Position numbers and translations under genes: made by a program
Assembly: GCA_034422455.1 (NCBI GenBank)
Contig: DAOUJQ010000023.1
Location: 108,290 to 172,289 of the forward strand
Source: Dehalococcoidia bacterium
GTDB taxonomy: Bacteria; Chloroflexota; Dehalococcoidia; Lucifugimonadales; UBA1127
Length of the DNA stretch: 64,000 nt
Direction of reading: 5' to 3'
The notes under the pieces: model-generated
What the model was told of the DNA's origin: nothing
The model's database searches: none
What the model saw: the letters and a program-made list of their open reading frames with translations, nothing else
Shown here: piece after piece, positions 9,286-21,316 of the stretch
Layout of the letters: each line of letters starts with the position of its first letter
Numbering within the stretch: the first letter of the stretch is position 1

Positions 9286-10139
9286 CGACGACCATCGAGG
9301 ACATCATCCTGCGGTACGACAAGCGGGGCATGACGCCCCTGCGGCCGCACCTGCCCGCCGACTACTGCACCCGCGCCGCCCGGCGCCTCCTGGACGCCCC
9401 GGCCGGCCCCGCGCTCATCGCCACGGGCTTCTACATCACCCGCATGGGCGCGACGGAGACCGACGGCCCGCCGGGCGCCTACTTCATCGGCAAGGCGCTT
9501 GAGGCCCTCGGCCGCCCTGTCACCTACGTGACCGACAGCCTCACCGCGCCCGTCTTCGACGGTCTCGTTGCGCCTGACGCCGTGGTCGACTTTCCCTTTG
9601 CGGACGCCGAGACGAGCGAGGCGTTCGCCGTGGAGCTGCTGGCGCGGCTGCAGCCGTCGGTGGCCATCGCCATCGAGCGGTGCGGGTTCACGGGGCCCGG
9701 CCGGTACCTGAACATGCGCGGGCAGGACACGTCCGACGTTCACGCCAAGCTGGACTACATCTTCCTGCACCACGGCACGACGGTGGGCATCGGCGACGGC
9801 GGCAACGAGATCGGCATGGGGAACCTGCAGGAACACATCCCGTCCGTGGAGCAGCTGCCCAACGAGCCGTGCGTCACGACGGTGTCCGAGCTGATCATCG
9901 CGAGTGTGTCCAACTGGGGCGGCTCAGGCTTGATTGCCGCGCTGTCGCTGTTGACCGGGCGGGTCCTGCTCCCGTCGCCGGACGAGGAGGAGGGGATCAT
10001 CCGCGCGATGGTGGACAACGGCGCCGTCGACAGCGGCGGAGCGCACACGTACGGCGTCGACGGCTTCACTCCGCAGGAGAACCGCCGGACGCTTGAGGCG
10101 CTCCACCGCCTGCTGGCGGAGCACGGCGTGGGGGAGTAG
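9282..10139 (+). CDS. DUF4392 / glutamate-cyclase-like domain protein
   Basis: TGF...[27 protein letters not shown] and SVSNWGG motifs; ATGA overlap with the upstream gene. Confidence 0.88.
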   Translation: MTTTIEDIILRYDKRGMTPLRPHLPADYCTRAARRLLDAPAGPALIATGFYITRMGATETDGPPGAYFIGKALEALGRPVTYVTDSLTAPVFDGLVAPDAVVDFPFADAETSEAFAVELLARLQPSVAIAIERCGFTGPGRYLNMRGQDTSDVHAKLDYIFLHHGTTVGIGDGGNEIGMGNLQEHIPSVEQLPNEPCVTTVSELIIASVSNWGGSGLIAALSLLTGRVLLPSPDEEEGIIRAMVDNGAVDSGGAHTYGVDGFTPQENRRTLEALHRLLAEHGVGE

Positions 10140-10185
10140 CTACCCGACAGCCTGCAGGCTGAAGCGCAACCGCAGGGAGCGTTCC

Positions 10186-10749
10186 ATGGACATCGGAGAG
10201 ACGCTCTACGTCTCCGACAGGAAGCCCTGGCGTGAGTGGTTGGAGGCCAACTTCGACACCGCCGAGGAGATCTGGCTGGTCTATCCCAACAAGGCGTCCG
10301 GGGAGCCGCGCATCCTCTACAACGACGCCGTGGAGGAAGCCCTGTGCTTCGGCTGGATAGACAGCATCATCAAGAAGCTCGATGGACTGCGCGCCGTCCA
10401 GCGCTTCACCCCAAGAAACCCCAGGAGCGGCTACTCCCAGCAGAACAAGGAGAGGCTTCGCTGGCTGGCCGGCGAGGGCCTGCTGCATCCGTCGGTGCGA
10501 GAGTCGGTCGGGGACGTGCTGAATGAAGTGTTCGTGTTCCCCGGCGACATTCTCCAGGCGATCCAGAGAGACGAACAGGTGTGGGAGCGCTTCCAGGGCT
10601 TCTCCCCTGCGTACCAGCGGATTCGTGTTGCATATATCGACATTGCCCGGGCGCTCCCGGAGGTGTACGAAAGTCGCTTGAGCAGCTTTCTGAAGGCTAC
10701 CGCACAGGGCAAGCAGATAGGCTACGGCGGCATAGAGAAGTATTTTTAG
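10186..10749 (+). CDS. YdeI/OmpD-associated family protein
   Basis: WREWLEAN...IWLVYPNK...YNDAVEEALCFGWIDS...FTPR...SQQNK pattern. Confidence 0.88.
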   Translation: MDIGETLYVSDRKPWREWLEANFDTAEEIWLVYPNKASGEPRILYNDAVEEALCFGWIDSIIKKLDGLRAVQRFTPRNPRSGYSQQNKERLRWLAGEGLLHPSVRESVGDVLNEVFVFPGDILQAIQRDEQVWERFQGFSPAYQRIRVAYIDIARALPEVYESRLSSFLKATAQGKQIGYGGIEKYF

Positions 10750-10850
10750 GAGGAGAAGAGTACGAATTGAATCGCAATTGGTATAGCTGGCGATGGCACT
10801 ATTTTGTTGTTCGCACGCCGGTGCCTCGGAGTCATCGTGGTCGTGCCGTG

Positions 10851-12248
10851 ATGAGAACAAGCGTGGCAGCCGGCATCCTCGTGTTAGCCGCCTTGCTTGC
10901 CGGCTGTAGCGCTGTCGAGCAGGTATCAGTCGATACACCAGCGCTGGCGCCCTTGTCGATCCCTCCGCTGCTCGGGCCAACGACTGAGAATGGCGTCTCA
11001 CACTACGAGCTTACGATCGGTACGTCTCAACACGATTACAAACAAGCAAGGATGACTGACACCTACTCCTACAACGACACGTCTGTGCTTGGCCCCACAC
11101 TACGTCTCCGAACCGGAGACTCGGTGGTCATCAGCGTCACGAACGAGTTGAACGAGCCCACGACGACGCACTGGCACGGAGCCGACGTCCCGGCCGAGGA
11201 TGACGGCGGGCCCCACAGCATCATCGAACCCGGGAAAACCTGGGTTGCTGACTTCGACGTGATCCAGCCGGCAGCCACTCTCTGGTATCACCCCCACGCC
11301 CATGGGTCCACAGCCGAGCATGTCTATCGCGGCGCCGCAGGTCTGCTAATCATTGAAGACGACAACCCTGCAGCCGCAACGCTACCAGCGACCTACGGGG
11401 TAGACGACATTCCGGTCATCATCCAGGACAGGGACTTCACCGACGAAGGCCAACTCGACTTCGCCATTGACGGCGACGACGAGGGCAACCTTGATGGCGT
11501 TCTGACGGTAAACGGTACGCTCAACCCGTACGTCGAGACACCCACGGGGCTGGTCCGTCTCCGGTTGCTGAACGGCAGCCAGGCCCGGATATATGAACTG
11601 AGTGTCGAGGGGGCCAATATGACCAAGATCGCCTCCGACGGCGGCTATCTGACCAGTCCCGTCGTACTCAATCAGCTTGTGCTCGCACCCGGAGACCGCG
11701 CAGAGATCATCGTCAATGTCGGGGAGGAATCCGCCGCTTTGGTCGACAGTGCGTTTGGCCGGGTGCTGGAGCTCCGCCCGAACGGGTCAGCTTCAGGGAC
11801 GGATATGCTTCCGGACGAGCTCGCCACCATAGAGCGCATATCCGAGTCGGAGATCACGGTGGACCGGAGCTTCCACATGGGGGATGTGCGCAACTTCTGG
11901 GAGTTCGACCCAAGCTGGGCAATCAACGGAGTCCAGTTCGACATGAACAGGATCGACGTGACGGTGCAACTCGGCGACACCGAGCGCTGGACTCTCTCCA
12001 GTGATGACGGCGAGCACGTGTTTCACCCGCACCAGATTCAGTTTCAGATACTGGCCATCAATGGCGAACCTCCACCACCAGAGGAATCAGGATGGGAGGA
12101 CTCCGTGCTGGTGAACGCCGACCGTGAAGTCGTCATCGCCGCGCGGTTCCATACGTATGCCGCTGAAGACATTCCGTACATGTTCCACTGCCACATTCTC
12201 GATCACGAGGACCTGGGTATGATGGGGCAGTTCCTGATCGTTGAGTAG
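10851..12248 (+). CDS. Multicopper oxidase, predicted lipoprotein
   Basis: HWHG, WYHPH, HVFHPH and HCHILDHEDLGM copper motifs; lipobox LAGC. Confidence 0.92.
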   Translation: MRTSVAAGILVLAALLAGCSAVEQVSVDTPALAPLSIPPLLGPTTENGVSHYELTIGTSQHDYKQARMTDTYSYNDTSVLGPTLRLRTGDSVVISVTNELNEPTTTHWHGADVPAEDDGGPHSIIEPGKTWVADFDVIQPAATLWYHPHAHGSTAEHVYRGAAGLLIIEDDNPAAATLPATYGVDDIPVIIQDRDFTDEGQLDFAIDGDDEGNLDGVLTVNGTLNPYVETPTGLVRLRLLNGSQARIYELSVEGANMTKIASDGGYLTSPVVLNQLVLAPGDRAEIIVNVGEESAALVDSAFGRVLELRPNGSASGTDMLPDELATIERISESEITVDRSFHMGDVRNFWEFDPSWAINGVQFDMNRIDVTVQLGDTERWTLSSDDGEHVFHPHQIQFQILAINGEPPPPEESGWEDSVLVNADREVVIAARFHTYAAEDIPYMFHCHILDHEDLGMMGQFLIVE

Positions 12249-12362
12249 CTCACGGGCGCTGCCTGCAACCAAATGGGGAGTGCTTCACTGGGGTACTCAC
12301 GGTATTGTGTAGTAGCTTGGCTGCCTCGCGGCCGCGGCAGCAGAGAGCGGAAGTAGCCGGGA

Positions 12363-12872
12363 TTATTCCCCGGCGTTCGGGTCGAAGGGCTCGCCGTCCA
12401 CCAGCACGTCCTTGATGACGGCGTTGCCGTCGCTGTCGAGGTTGACCACCACCTTCACGTCACCGGCGGTCTCAATGATGCGGCCGGTCCCCTCCGGCAC
12501 AAAATACGTCCCGATGCCAAAGTCGAGATGCCCCCTGCGGTCGACGCGGCCCTTTATGAAGGTTTCTCCGGCGACTTGGCTGTGTTTCGTGGTGTAGTCC
12601 CATGCACTCCAAACGTCCGGATGCCGTTGCAGCTCGACGTAGACCGTGCTGCCTGTCGATAAGTCGCGCATCCAGTCCGGCGTGCGCGCAATCTCGTAGT
12701 CCAGGATGGCGTAGTCGCCCTGGAGGAGGGAGCGGGGGTCGACGGGGACGGTCTGCAGCACCACCTCCGTGCCGGTGCGCAGCGCAACCTCACGCACGGT
12801 GATGAAGCCGATCAGGAAGACGATCTGCGCGGCGACGATGGCCCAGAAGGCGATGCGGACCCACGGCTTCAT
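12363..12872 (-). CDS. GDYXXLXY-domain membrane-anchored protein
   Basis: PVDPRSLLQGDYAILDY motif after one N-terminal TM segment. Confidence 0.9.
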   Translation of the reverse strand: MKPWVRIAFWAIVAAQIVFLIGFITVREVALRTGTEVVLQTVPVDPRSLLQGDYAILDYEIARTPDWMRDLSTGSTVYVELQRHPDVWSAWDYTTKHSQVAGETFIKGRVDRRGHLDFGIGTYFVPEGTGRIIETAGDVKVVVNLDSDGNAVIKDVLVDGEPFDPNAGE

Positions 12873-14113
12873 GCCTCGCCCTCCCGCTCGCGCATGGCGG
12901 CGAGCATCCGGCGGCGGCCCCGGTCGAGCAGGTAGCCGCCGGCCAGAAGCACCACGCCCGCGCCGAAGAACACCAGCGAGCTGTCCAGCAGATCGATCGA
13001 GAACTCGAAGTAGCGGGTGATGACGTAGAGGGCGATGAGGGCGAGGGAGAGGTTGACGCGGCCCTCGTGGTCGCGCAGGTAGCCGGAGGCCATCAGCCCC
13101 AGCGCCGACAGGGCGAACAGGGGGTTGAACACGATGGGGTAGAGCGGCTCCCAGTCGACGGCCACCAGCGGCGGGAGGTGGACGGTGGCCAGCAGGACGG
13201 CGATGATGCCCGCCTCGGCGAGGTCCACGGGGGAGCGGTCGCCGCGGCGTTCCCGCTGCCACGCCAGCCCGGCGGTCAGTGCGACGGCGGCGACCGACGC
13301 GCCGGCGGTGAGCGCCCAGAAGGCCCAATGCGCGCCGCTGAAGTCTTCGACCGCGTCGAAGAGATCGTGGAAGGTGAGCATGTAGAGGGCAAGGAAGGCC
13401 GTGACCAGGCCGATCGCCTGGAAGAGGCCGCCGGTGACCTCCCACCCGTCCATCTGTCTCTTGACCTTGCCCACCGCGAAGAGGAACGCGCCCAGGGCGA
13501 TGTAGAGGGCAACCCCTGCAATGAAGGACTCGTTCTCGCCCATGCCCTGCAGCCAGTCCTGCAGCCGGAAGGCCACGGCGGCCAGGAAGAGCACGACGGC
13601 GAGGAACATGACCGGCCGGGACCGGGTGACGTAGGCGAGGGGCGCGACGCCCAGGAACCAGAACATCGAGAGGTTGGGATGGTCCACGGAGACGTGGTAG
13701 ATCTGACCGATGAGGTGGACCCCGGCCCCGTAGACGATGCAGCCCAGCAGCACGAAGGCGGCGGCATAGGCCGTGGGGCCGGACCGCTGCCAGATGGCGT
13801 ACCCCGCGCCGTAGGACAGGGCCATGGCGGCGATCAGCGACGCCAGCTTGACGGTCTTCGGGATCTCGTCCCAGTTGGCGGCGAAGAAGGTGATGACGCC
13901 GAGGCCGATGAGGACCCCGCCTAGGATGGACAGCCCGGTGACGAGGCCCTGCCGCCTGCGGGAGGCCTCGTGGCCGGGGGGATAGTCCGGGTAGCGGGCG
14001 AGGATGGCCTGCGCCTGCTCGTCGGTGACGGTGCCGTCCTCCAGCCACGCCTCTACTTCCTCCCGCAGGCGGGAGACGAAGCGGGGGGTGTTGGCGTCGA
14101 GGGGATTCATCAC
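12869..14113 (-). CDS. DUF2157 multi-pass membrane protein
   Basis: VEAWLEDGTVTDEQAQAI, GVITFFAANWDEI and LIGQIYHV motifs; overlaps the GDYXXLXY gene by 4 nt. Confidence 0.88.
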   Translation of the reverse strand: MMNPLDANTPRFVSRLREEVEAWLEDGTVTDEQAQAILARYPDYPPGHEASRRRQGLVTGLSILGGVLIGLGVITFFAANWDEIPKTVKLASLIAAMALSYGAGYAIWQRSGPTAYAAAFVLLGCIVYGAGVHLIGQIYHVSVDHPNLSMFWFLGVAPLAYVTRSRPVMFLAVVLFLAAVAFRLQDWLQGMGENESFIAGVALYIALGAFLFAVGKVKRQMDGWEVTGGLFQAIGLVTAFLALYMLTFHDLFDAVEDFSGAHWAFWALTAGASVAAVALTAGLAWQRERRGDRSPVDLAEAGIIAVLLATVHLPPLVAVDWEPLYPIVFNPLFALSALGLMASGYLRDHEGRVNLSLALIALYVITRYFEFSIDLLDSSLVFFGAGVVLLAGGYLLDRGRRRMLAAMREREGEA

Positions 14114-14166
14114 CGTTTACGATAACGCATTACGGTGGCGGGGGTCGATAGGAGCGGGGGCGCAAA

Positions 14167-14191
14167 GGGCGACCACAAGGGTCGCCCCTAC
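14167..14191 (-). repeat. GTAG-type REP palindrome downstream of rpoD
   Basis: Minus strand GTAGGGGCGACCCTTGTGGTCGCCC; covaries with the copy at 8374-8398. Confidence 0.7.
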
Positions 14192-14207
14192 GGGATGATG
14201 CAACGCC

Positions 14208-15737
<1,530 letters not shown>

Positions 15738-15759
15738 GCTCTTCTCCTGGCGAGTTCGC

Positions 15760-17583
15760 CTAGATGTCTCTTCGCGGTCTGGCGGCGTCCAACTCCCGCC
15801 GCCGGGTATTGTGCTCGTGCAGCTGCTCTTCCTCGTCCGCGGTGTCCCGACCCTCTTCCATCGCTTTAGCTAAAGACGCGCCCAACAGGATGTTCTGTTC
15901 CCGGAGAAAACGCTTTTCCAACTCGCGAATGCTCTGGGAAAGGGAATCGGAGCGTTGCTTGTGGTCAAGGAAGTCTATGTCGGGGCGTTCGAGGGTGAGG
16001 AGGCCGTCCACGTGCTCCTGCAACAGGACGTCCAAGTCTACTTTCATCTCTTCTATTGTAGAACATTCGGCCCACTTCTGGAAGACCTCGCGGTTCTCGC
16101 TCCTGTGGAAGAACTCGGGCCGCAGCGGGCCGGCCGAGCCGCGCAGGTCCGGGTGCCGCATGAGCAGCGTCAGCGGGAACGTCTCGACGGGGTCACCCTT
16201 CGCGAAGGCGGCCACCGGCGCCTCGACGTCCGGCTGCCGCGCCGGCGTGTCCGCGCGGCGTCCGGGCGACTGCGGCGGCCCGTCGAGCAGCGCGCGCCGT
16301 TGACGCTGCAGCACCTGCTCCAGTGTCTGACGAGAGACGCCCACCAGACCTTCCAGCTTCTCCAGGTAGCGGTCCTGCTCCGTCTCGTCCTGCACGGAGA
16401 GGATCCAGCCGCCCAGCTCCTCGGTGAGCGCGCGCCTGCCGTCGTTCGTTTCCAGGTCGAACTTGGACGCCAGCACCCGGAAGCCGAAGTCGACGCGCGG
16501 CTCGGCGGCCTCCAGCGCCTCCGGCCACCGGTCAGGGGCCTCGCGGATGAGCTCGTCTGGGTCCTTGCCCTCCGGCAGCAGCGCGATGCGGACGCCGGGT
16601 ACCTTGTCCCAGGAGGTCTTGAGGCTCCGCATCGTCGCGTCCTGCCCCGCAGCGTCGGGGTCGAGGGCGAGGGTGAAGCGCAGGGGCTGTGCGCGCCGGT
16701 CGCGCTCGGGGCGCCCGTCGAGGCCCGTCAGTGCCGCCACCTGCCGCGCCGTGAGCGCCGTGCCCATGGAGGCTACGACGTTGTCGTAGCCGTGCTGGTG
16801 CGCCATCAGCGCGTCCATGTAGCCCTCGACGATGACCCCCTCGCCGCGCAGCTGGATGCTCTCCTTCGCGGCGTCGAGGCCCCAGAGGAGGTCCGACTTG
16901 TTGAAGACGGGCGTCTGCGGTGTGTTCAGGTACTTGGGCACGCTGCCGTCCAGCTCCCGCCCGCCGAACCCTACGACCTTCCCCTCGCTGTTCTTGATGG
17001 GGAACATGAGCCGGCCCTGGAAGAGGTCGCGGGAGCCGCCCTGCTGCGGCCGGGTGACGAGGCCTGCCCGCTGGAGTTGCTCCTCGGTGAACCCCTGCCC
17101 CATGAGGTGGGTCTTGAGCTCCTCACGGCCGTCGGGAGCGAGGCCCAGCCCGAAGGCCGCCGCCGTCTCCGGCGTGACGCCCCGCTCCTGCAGGTACCCC
17201 AGCGCGTCCTCACCCTCCGGCGACTGCAGCCGGCGCTGGAAGAAGCGCATCGCCTCCTCGTTGGCGCGGAGGAGCGGGTCCATCTGCGCCTGCTGCCTCG
17301 GCGTCGGCAACGGCACGCCGACGCGGGCCGCCAGGGTGCGCAGCGCCTCGCTGAAGGGCTGGTTCTCCATCTTCATCACGAAGCGGATGGCGTCGCCGCC
17401 CTCGGAGCACGCGCCGAAGCAGTGCCACGAGCCGCGCTCCGGGTCGACGACGAAGGACGGCGTCCGCTCCGTGTGGAACGGGCACCGCGCCTTGAAAACG
17501 CGGCCGGCCTGCTGCAGCGCGACGTAGCCCGACACCACGTCCACGATGTTCAGGCGGGCCTTGACGTCGTCCAGAAAGCTCAT
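15760..17583 (-). CDS. dnaG: DNA primase
   Basis: Zn finger CPFH...CFGAC, KYLNTP, VEGYMD and TOPRIM DPDAAG / GKDPD motifs; dnaG-rpoD synteny. Confidence 0.96.
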   Translation of the reverse strand: MSFLDDVKARLNIVDVVSGYVALQQAGRVFKARCPFHTERTPSFVVDPERGSWHCFGACSEGGDAIRFVMKMENQPFSEALRTLAARVGVPLPTPRQQAQMDPLLRANEEAMRFFQRRLQSPEGEDALGYLQERGVTPETAAAFGLGLAPDGREELKTHLMGQGFTEEQLQRAGLVTRPQQGGSRDLFQGRLMFPIKNSEGKVVGFGGRELDGSVPKYLNTPQTPVFNKSDLLWGLDAAKESIQLRGEGVIVEGYMDALMAHQHGYDNVVASMGTALTARQVAALTGLDGRPERDRRAQPLRFTLALDPDAAGQDATMRSLKTSWDKVPGVRIALLPEGKDPDELIREAPDRWPEALEAAEPRVDFGFRVLASKFDLETNDGRRALTEELGGWILSVQDETEQDRYLEKLEGLVGVSRQTLEQVLQRQRRALLDGPPQSPGRRADTPARQPDVEAPVAAFAKGDPVETFPLTLLMRHPDLRGSAGPLRPEFFHRSENREVFQKWAECSTIEEMKVDLDVLLQEHVDGLLTLERPDIDFLDHKQRSDSLSQSIRELEKRFLREQNILLGASLAKAMEEGRDTADEEEQLHEHNTRRRELDAARPRRDI

Positions 17584-17627
17584 AGGCGCCTCAACCGGAG
17601 GTGGGGTGTGGAAATCAGAGCACCATT

Positions 17628-18572
17628 CTACGCTTCTGCGTGGGGGATTCCAGCGGTTTTCGCGCCGTCTCGCAGCGCTTCCAGCGCGGCCCGCAGGTCC
17701 GGCGGCAGCGGCGCGGTCACCGTCACCGTCTCGCCCAACGCAGGCAGCCGGAACGTCAGCGACGCCGCATGCAGGAAATGCCGCGTCAGGGTCGACGGTC
17801 TGCGCGGGCCGTAGAGGGCGTCGCCGACAAGCGGGCAGCCGATGTGCGCCATGTGGACGCGGATCTGGTGCGTGCGCCCGGTCACCGGCCTCGTCTCCAC
17901 CAGCGCGGTGTCCGGCAGCCGCTCCAGCACGTCGTAGTGCGTCACGGCGTCGCGCCCGCCGGTGACGACGGCCATGCGCTTTCGGTCCGCCGGGTGCCGC
18001 GCGATGGGCGCGTCGACCGTGCCCGTCACGGGTCGAGGGCAGTCCCACACCATCGCGAGGTAGCGCTTCTGGACGCGCCGTTGCTGGAGCTGTCCCGCCA
18101 GCGAGTGGTGGGCGGCGTCGTGCTTCGCCACCAGCATGAGGCCGGAGGTGTCCTTGTCCAGCCGGTGCACGATGCCGGGCCGCTGCGCCCCGCCGATGCC
18201 GGACAGGTTGGGCCGGAGCGCCAGCAGCGCGTTCACCAGCGTGTGCGAGGGATGCCCCGGCGCGGGGTGCACCGTCAGGCCCGGCGGCTTGTCTACCACG
18301 AGCAGGTCGTCGTCCTCGTAGACGATGGGGACGGGTATGTCCTCCGGCGCCAGGTCCAGCGGCGCGGGCGGCGGGATGGTCAGCTCGATGCGGTCGCCCT
18401 GCCGCACGGGCTGCGACGGCCTGCTCGCCTCGCCGTTCACGGCGACCATGCCCTGCTGGACGAGACGTGCCAGCCGGGAGCGCGTCAGGTCGGGGCAGCG
18501 CTCGGCCAGGTACCGGTCCAGTCGAGCGCCGGACTCGTCGGCGATGAAGCTGCGCGACTCAGGGCTGGCCAT
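17628..18572 (-). CDS. rluD: RluA-family 23S rRNA pseudouridine synthase (RluD-like)
   Basis: S4 domain RLDRYL, VDKPPGLTVHP, HRLDKDTSG and TGRTHQIRVH motifs. Confidence 0.93.
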   Translation of the reverse strand: MASPESRSFIADESGARLDRYLAERCPDLTRSRLARLVQQGMVAVNGEASRPSQPVRQGDRIELTIPPPAPLDLAPEDIPVPIVYEDDDLLVVDKPPGLTVHPAPGHPSHTLVNALLALRPNLSGIGGAQRPGIVHRLDKDTSGLMLVAKHDAAHHSLAGQLQQRRVQKRYLAMVWDCPRPVTGTVDAPIARHPADRKRMAVVTGGRDAVTHYDVLERLPDTALVETRPVTGRTHQIRVHMAHIGCPLVGDALYGPRRPSTLTRHFLHAASLTFRLPALGETVTVTAPLPPDLRAALEALRDGAKTAGIPHAEA

Positions 18573-19158
18573 CGGGAGTCCCCTCGCGAGGGGAGAGCGG
18601 CGCGGGATCGGCATCGCCAGCGTCCCCCGCCGGCACCTCCGGTGCGGGCGCGGCCGCCGCGGCCTCCCGTCTCTTCACCAGGAACTGGGGGAAGAGGTAG
18701 ACGACGCCCAGAATGACCACGCCGGTCACGATGGAGGAGTCCGCCAGGTTGAAGACCGGCCATGCGCCAACGTCGAGGAAATCGGTCACCTTGCCCAGCG
18801 CAACCCGGTCGATGAGGTTGCCGACGGCCCCGCCCAGGAGTAGGCCGAGCGCCAGCCGCACGCGCCAGTCGCCGCCCGCGTTCGCGTGGTAGAAGTAGAG
18901 GAGCACGGCGATGCCCACGAGCGACGCGCCCGTCATCACGATGACCTGGTTGGGGAAGAGGCCGAAGATGGCCCCGCTGTTGGTGACGTGGGTCAGGCGG
19001 AGGAACCCCTCCTCCGGGATGGACTCGCCGACGCGCAGCCCGCCGCGGACGAGCGCCTTGGTGAGCTGGTCGACGGCCAGGGTCAGCGCAAACACCGCCA
19101 GCACCAGGAGGTCCTGGTAGATGCGGGGCCGTTGCGCCTGGGGCGGGTTCTGCGACAC
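18559..19158 (-). CDS. lspA: Signal peptidase II
   Basis: DQLTK, NSGAIFG, GNLIDR and FNLAD motifs. Confidence 0.95.
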   Translation of the reverse strand: MSQNPPQAQRPRIYQDLLVLAVFALTLAVDQLTKALVRGGLRVGESIPEEGFLRLTHVTNSGAIFGLFPNQVIVMTGASLVGIAVLLYFYHANAGGDWRVRLALGLLLGGAVGNLIDRVALGKVTDFLDVGAWPVFNLADSSIVTGVVILGVVYLFPQFLVKRREAAAAAPAPEVPAGDAGDADPAPLSPREGTPDGQP

Positions 19159-19230
19159 GGAGCTTCCTATGACCTGGTTGCATTCAGGATAGCATAGGGC
19201 AGTGGCGACGGGCGTGGGGCGCGCAGGCGC

Positions 19231-20376
19231 CTACGCCACCAGCGGGTCCGGGTGCTTGATGAGGACCTTGGCGACCTCCGGCCGGATGAGCCCGCCCTCG
19301 GGGACCGTGCCGCTGGTCATCAGGTTCCGCAGCAGCGTGCCGCTGAACTGCTCCTGGTGCTCCGGCCCGTGAGGGCAGGTCTTCTCGTTCACAACGCTGC
19401 CGCACTTGTGGCACATGAAGAAGGACGTGAAGAACATCGGCGTGATGCCCAGGCCGGGGAAGTCGTCGAAGATCTCCTGCGCCGCGTAGGGCGTGTAGTA
19501 GCTGCCGACGCCCGCGTGGTCGCGCCCGACGATGAAGTGGGTGCAGCCGAAGTTCTTGCGGACGATGGCGTGGAAGATGGCCTCCTTGGGTCCCGCGTAG
19601 CGCATCTCCGTCCGCAGCACGGCCATGACCGCCCGTTCCGGCCGGTAGTAGTGCTCCATCAGCGCCTCGTACGTGGCGAGAATGGCGTCGTCCGTGAAGT
19701 CGCCCGACTTCTTGCGGCCGATGACCGGGTTGATGAAGAGCCCGTCCACAAAGCTGAGCGCCGACTTCTGTACGTACTCGTGGCCCAGGTGCGGCACGTT
19801 GCGCGTCTGGAAGCCGACCACCGTGCGCCACCCCTTGGCCTCGAACAGCACCCGCGTCTCGATGGGGTCGAGCGTGTACGCCGGGAACGCCGCCTCCGGC
19901 TCCGCGACGAGGTCGATGGCGCCGCCCAGCAGCGTGTCGTGGCGCTCCAGCAGGCCCGCGACGCCGGGGTGCTCCGTGTCCGTCGTGCCGAAGACGTGCT
20001 GCGCATAGCGCTCCTTGTCGTAGCCGTAGCGGTCCGTGACCTGCATGACGGCCACCGTCCGGCCGTTGGGCGCGGCGAGGGCCGCACGGTCTCCGAGGCC
20101 CTTGGCCTCCTCCGGGTCGACGTCCAGCACGATGGGAATGGTCCACGGCGTGCCGTCCGCAAGGCGGTCCGAGGAGAGGACGCTGTCCAGGTCGTGCCGG
20201 CCAAGGAAGCCTTCCAGCGGGCTGTAGGCGCCCGTTGCGATGTTGACGATGTCCGAAACCACGTCCGCCGACACAGTGAGGGTGGGCAGGCTTGCGGCCT
20301 CTTCCACCGCTTTCTGCTGCGCGTCGCCGGTGAGGACCCGGCGGACGAGGCGGCCTCCGTGTGGTGCAGGCAACAT
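19231..20376 (-). CDS. sat: Sulfate adenylyltransferase (Sat type)
   Basis: YSPLEGF, FQTRNVPHLGH, VRKNFGCTHFIVGRDHAG motifs. Confidence 0.96.
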   Translation of the reverse strand: MLPAPHGGRLVRRVLTGDAQQKAVEEAASLPTLTVSADVVSDIVNIATGAYSPLEGFLGRHDLDSVLSSDRLADGTPWTIPIVLDVDPEEAKGLGDRAALAAPNGRTVAVMQVTDRYGYDKERYAQHVFGTTDTEHPGVAGLLERHDTLLGGAIDLVAEPEAAFPAYTLDPIETRVLFEAKGWRTVVGFQTRNVPHLGHEYVQKSALSFVDGLFINPVIGRKKSGDFTDDAILATYEALMEHYYRPERAVMAVLRTEMRYAGPKEAIFHAIVRKNFGCTHFIVGRDHAGVGSYYTPYAAQEIFDDFPGLGITPMFFTSFFMCHKCGSVVNEKTCPHGPEHQEQFSGTLLRNLMTSGTVPEGGLIRPEVAKVLIKHPDPLVA

Positions 20377-20379
20377 GGC

Positions 20380-20988
<609 letters not shown>

Positions 20989-21316
20989 AGGCACACTCCT
21001 TCTGCAATTGGGGCGCATCATGGGCTGGTGGAATGCCGCGAGGGAACCGTGGGCCTGCGGTGCGCATGAATGCTTAGCGGGTACACATGGCGCCCCCATT
21101 ATGGGACACATTCCCGGCTTACGCAAACCCGTGTACCGAGACCTTTGCGCAAGTGCATATCCTCCCTTTGGGAGGGATGTTGGGCGTGTTGGAGGCCCGG
21201 GGTCTCCGGGCCTCCGCCGGATTGAGGACTGTCGGCGCCTGCCGTATGCTGAAGGAGGAACGGACCGGGCGCGGTCTGCCCGGAGGTCCTCGCCCGGTGG
21301 AAGGTGAGCAAGCCTC

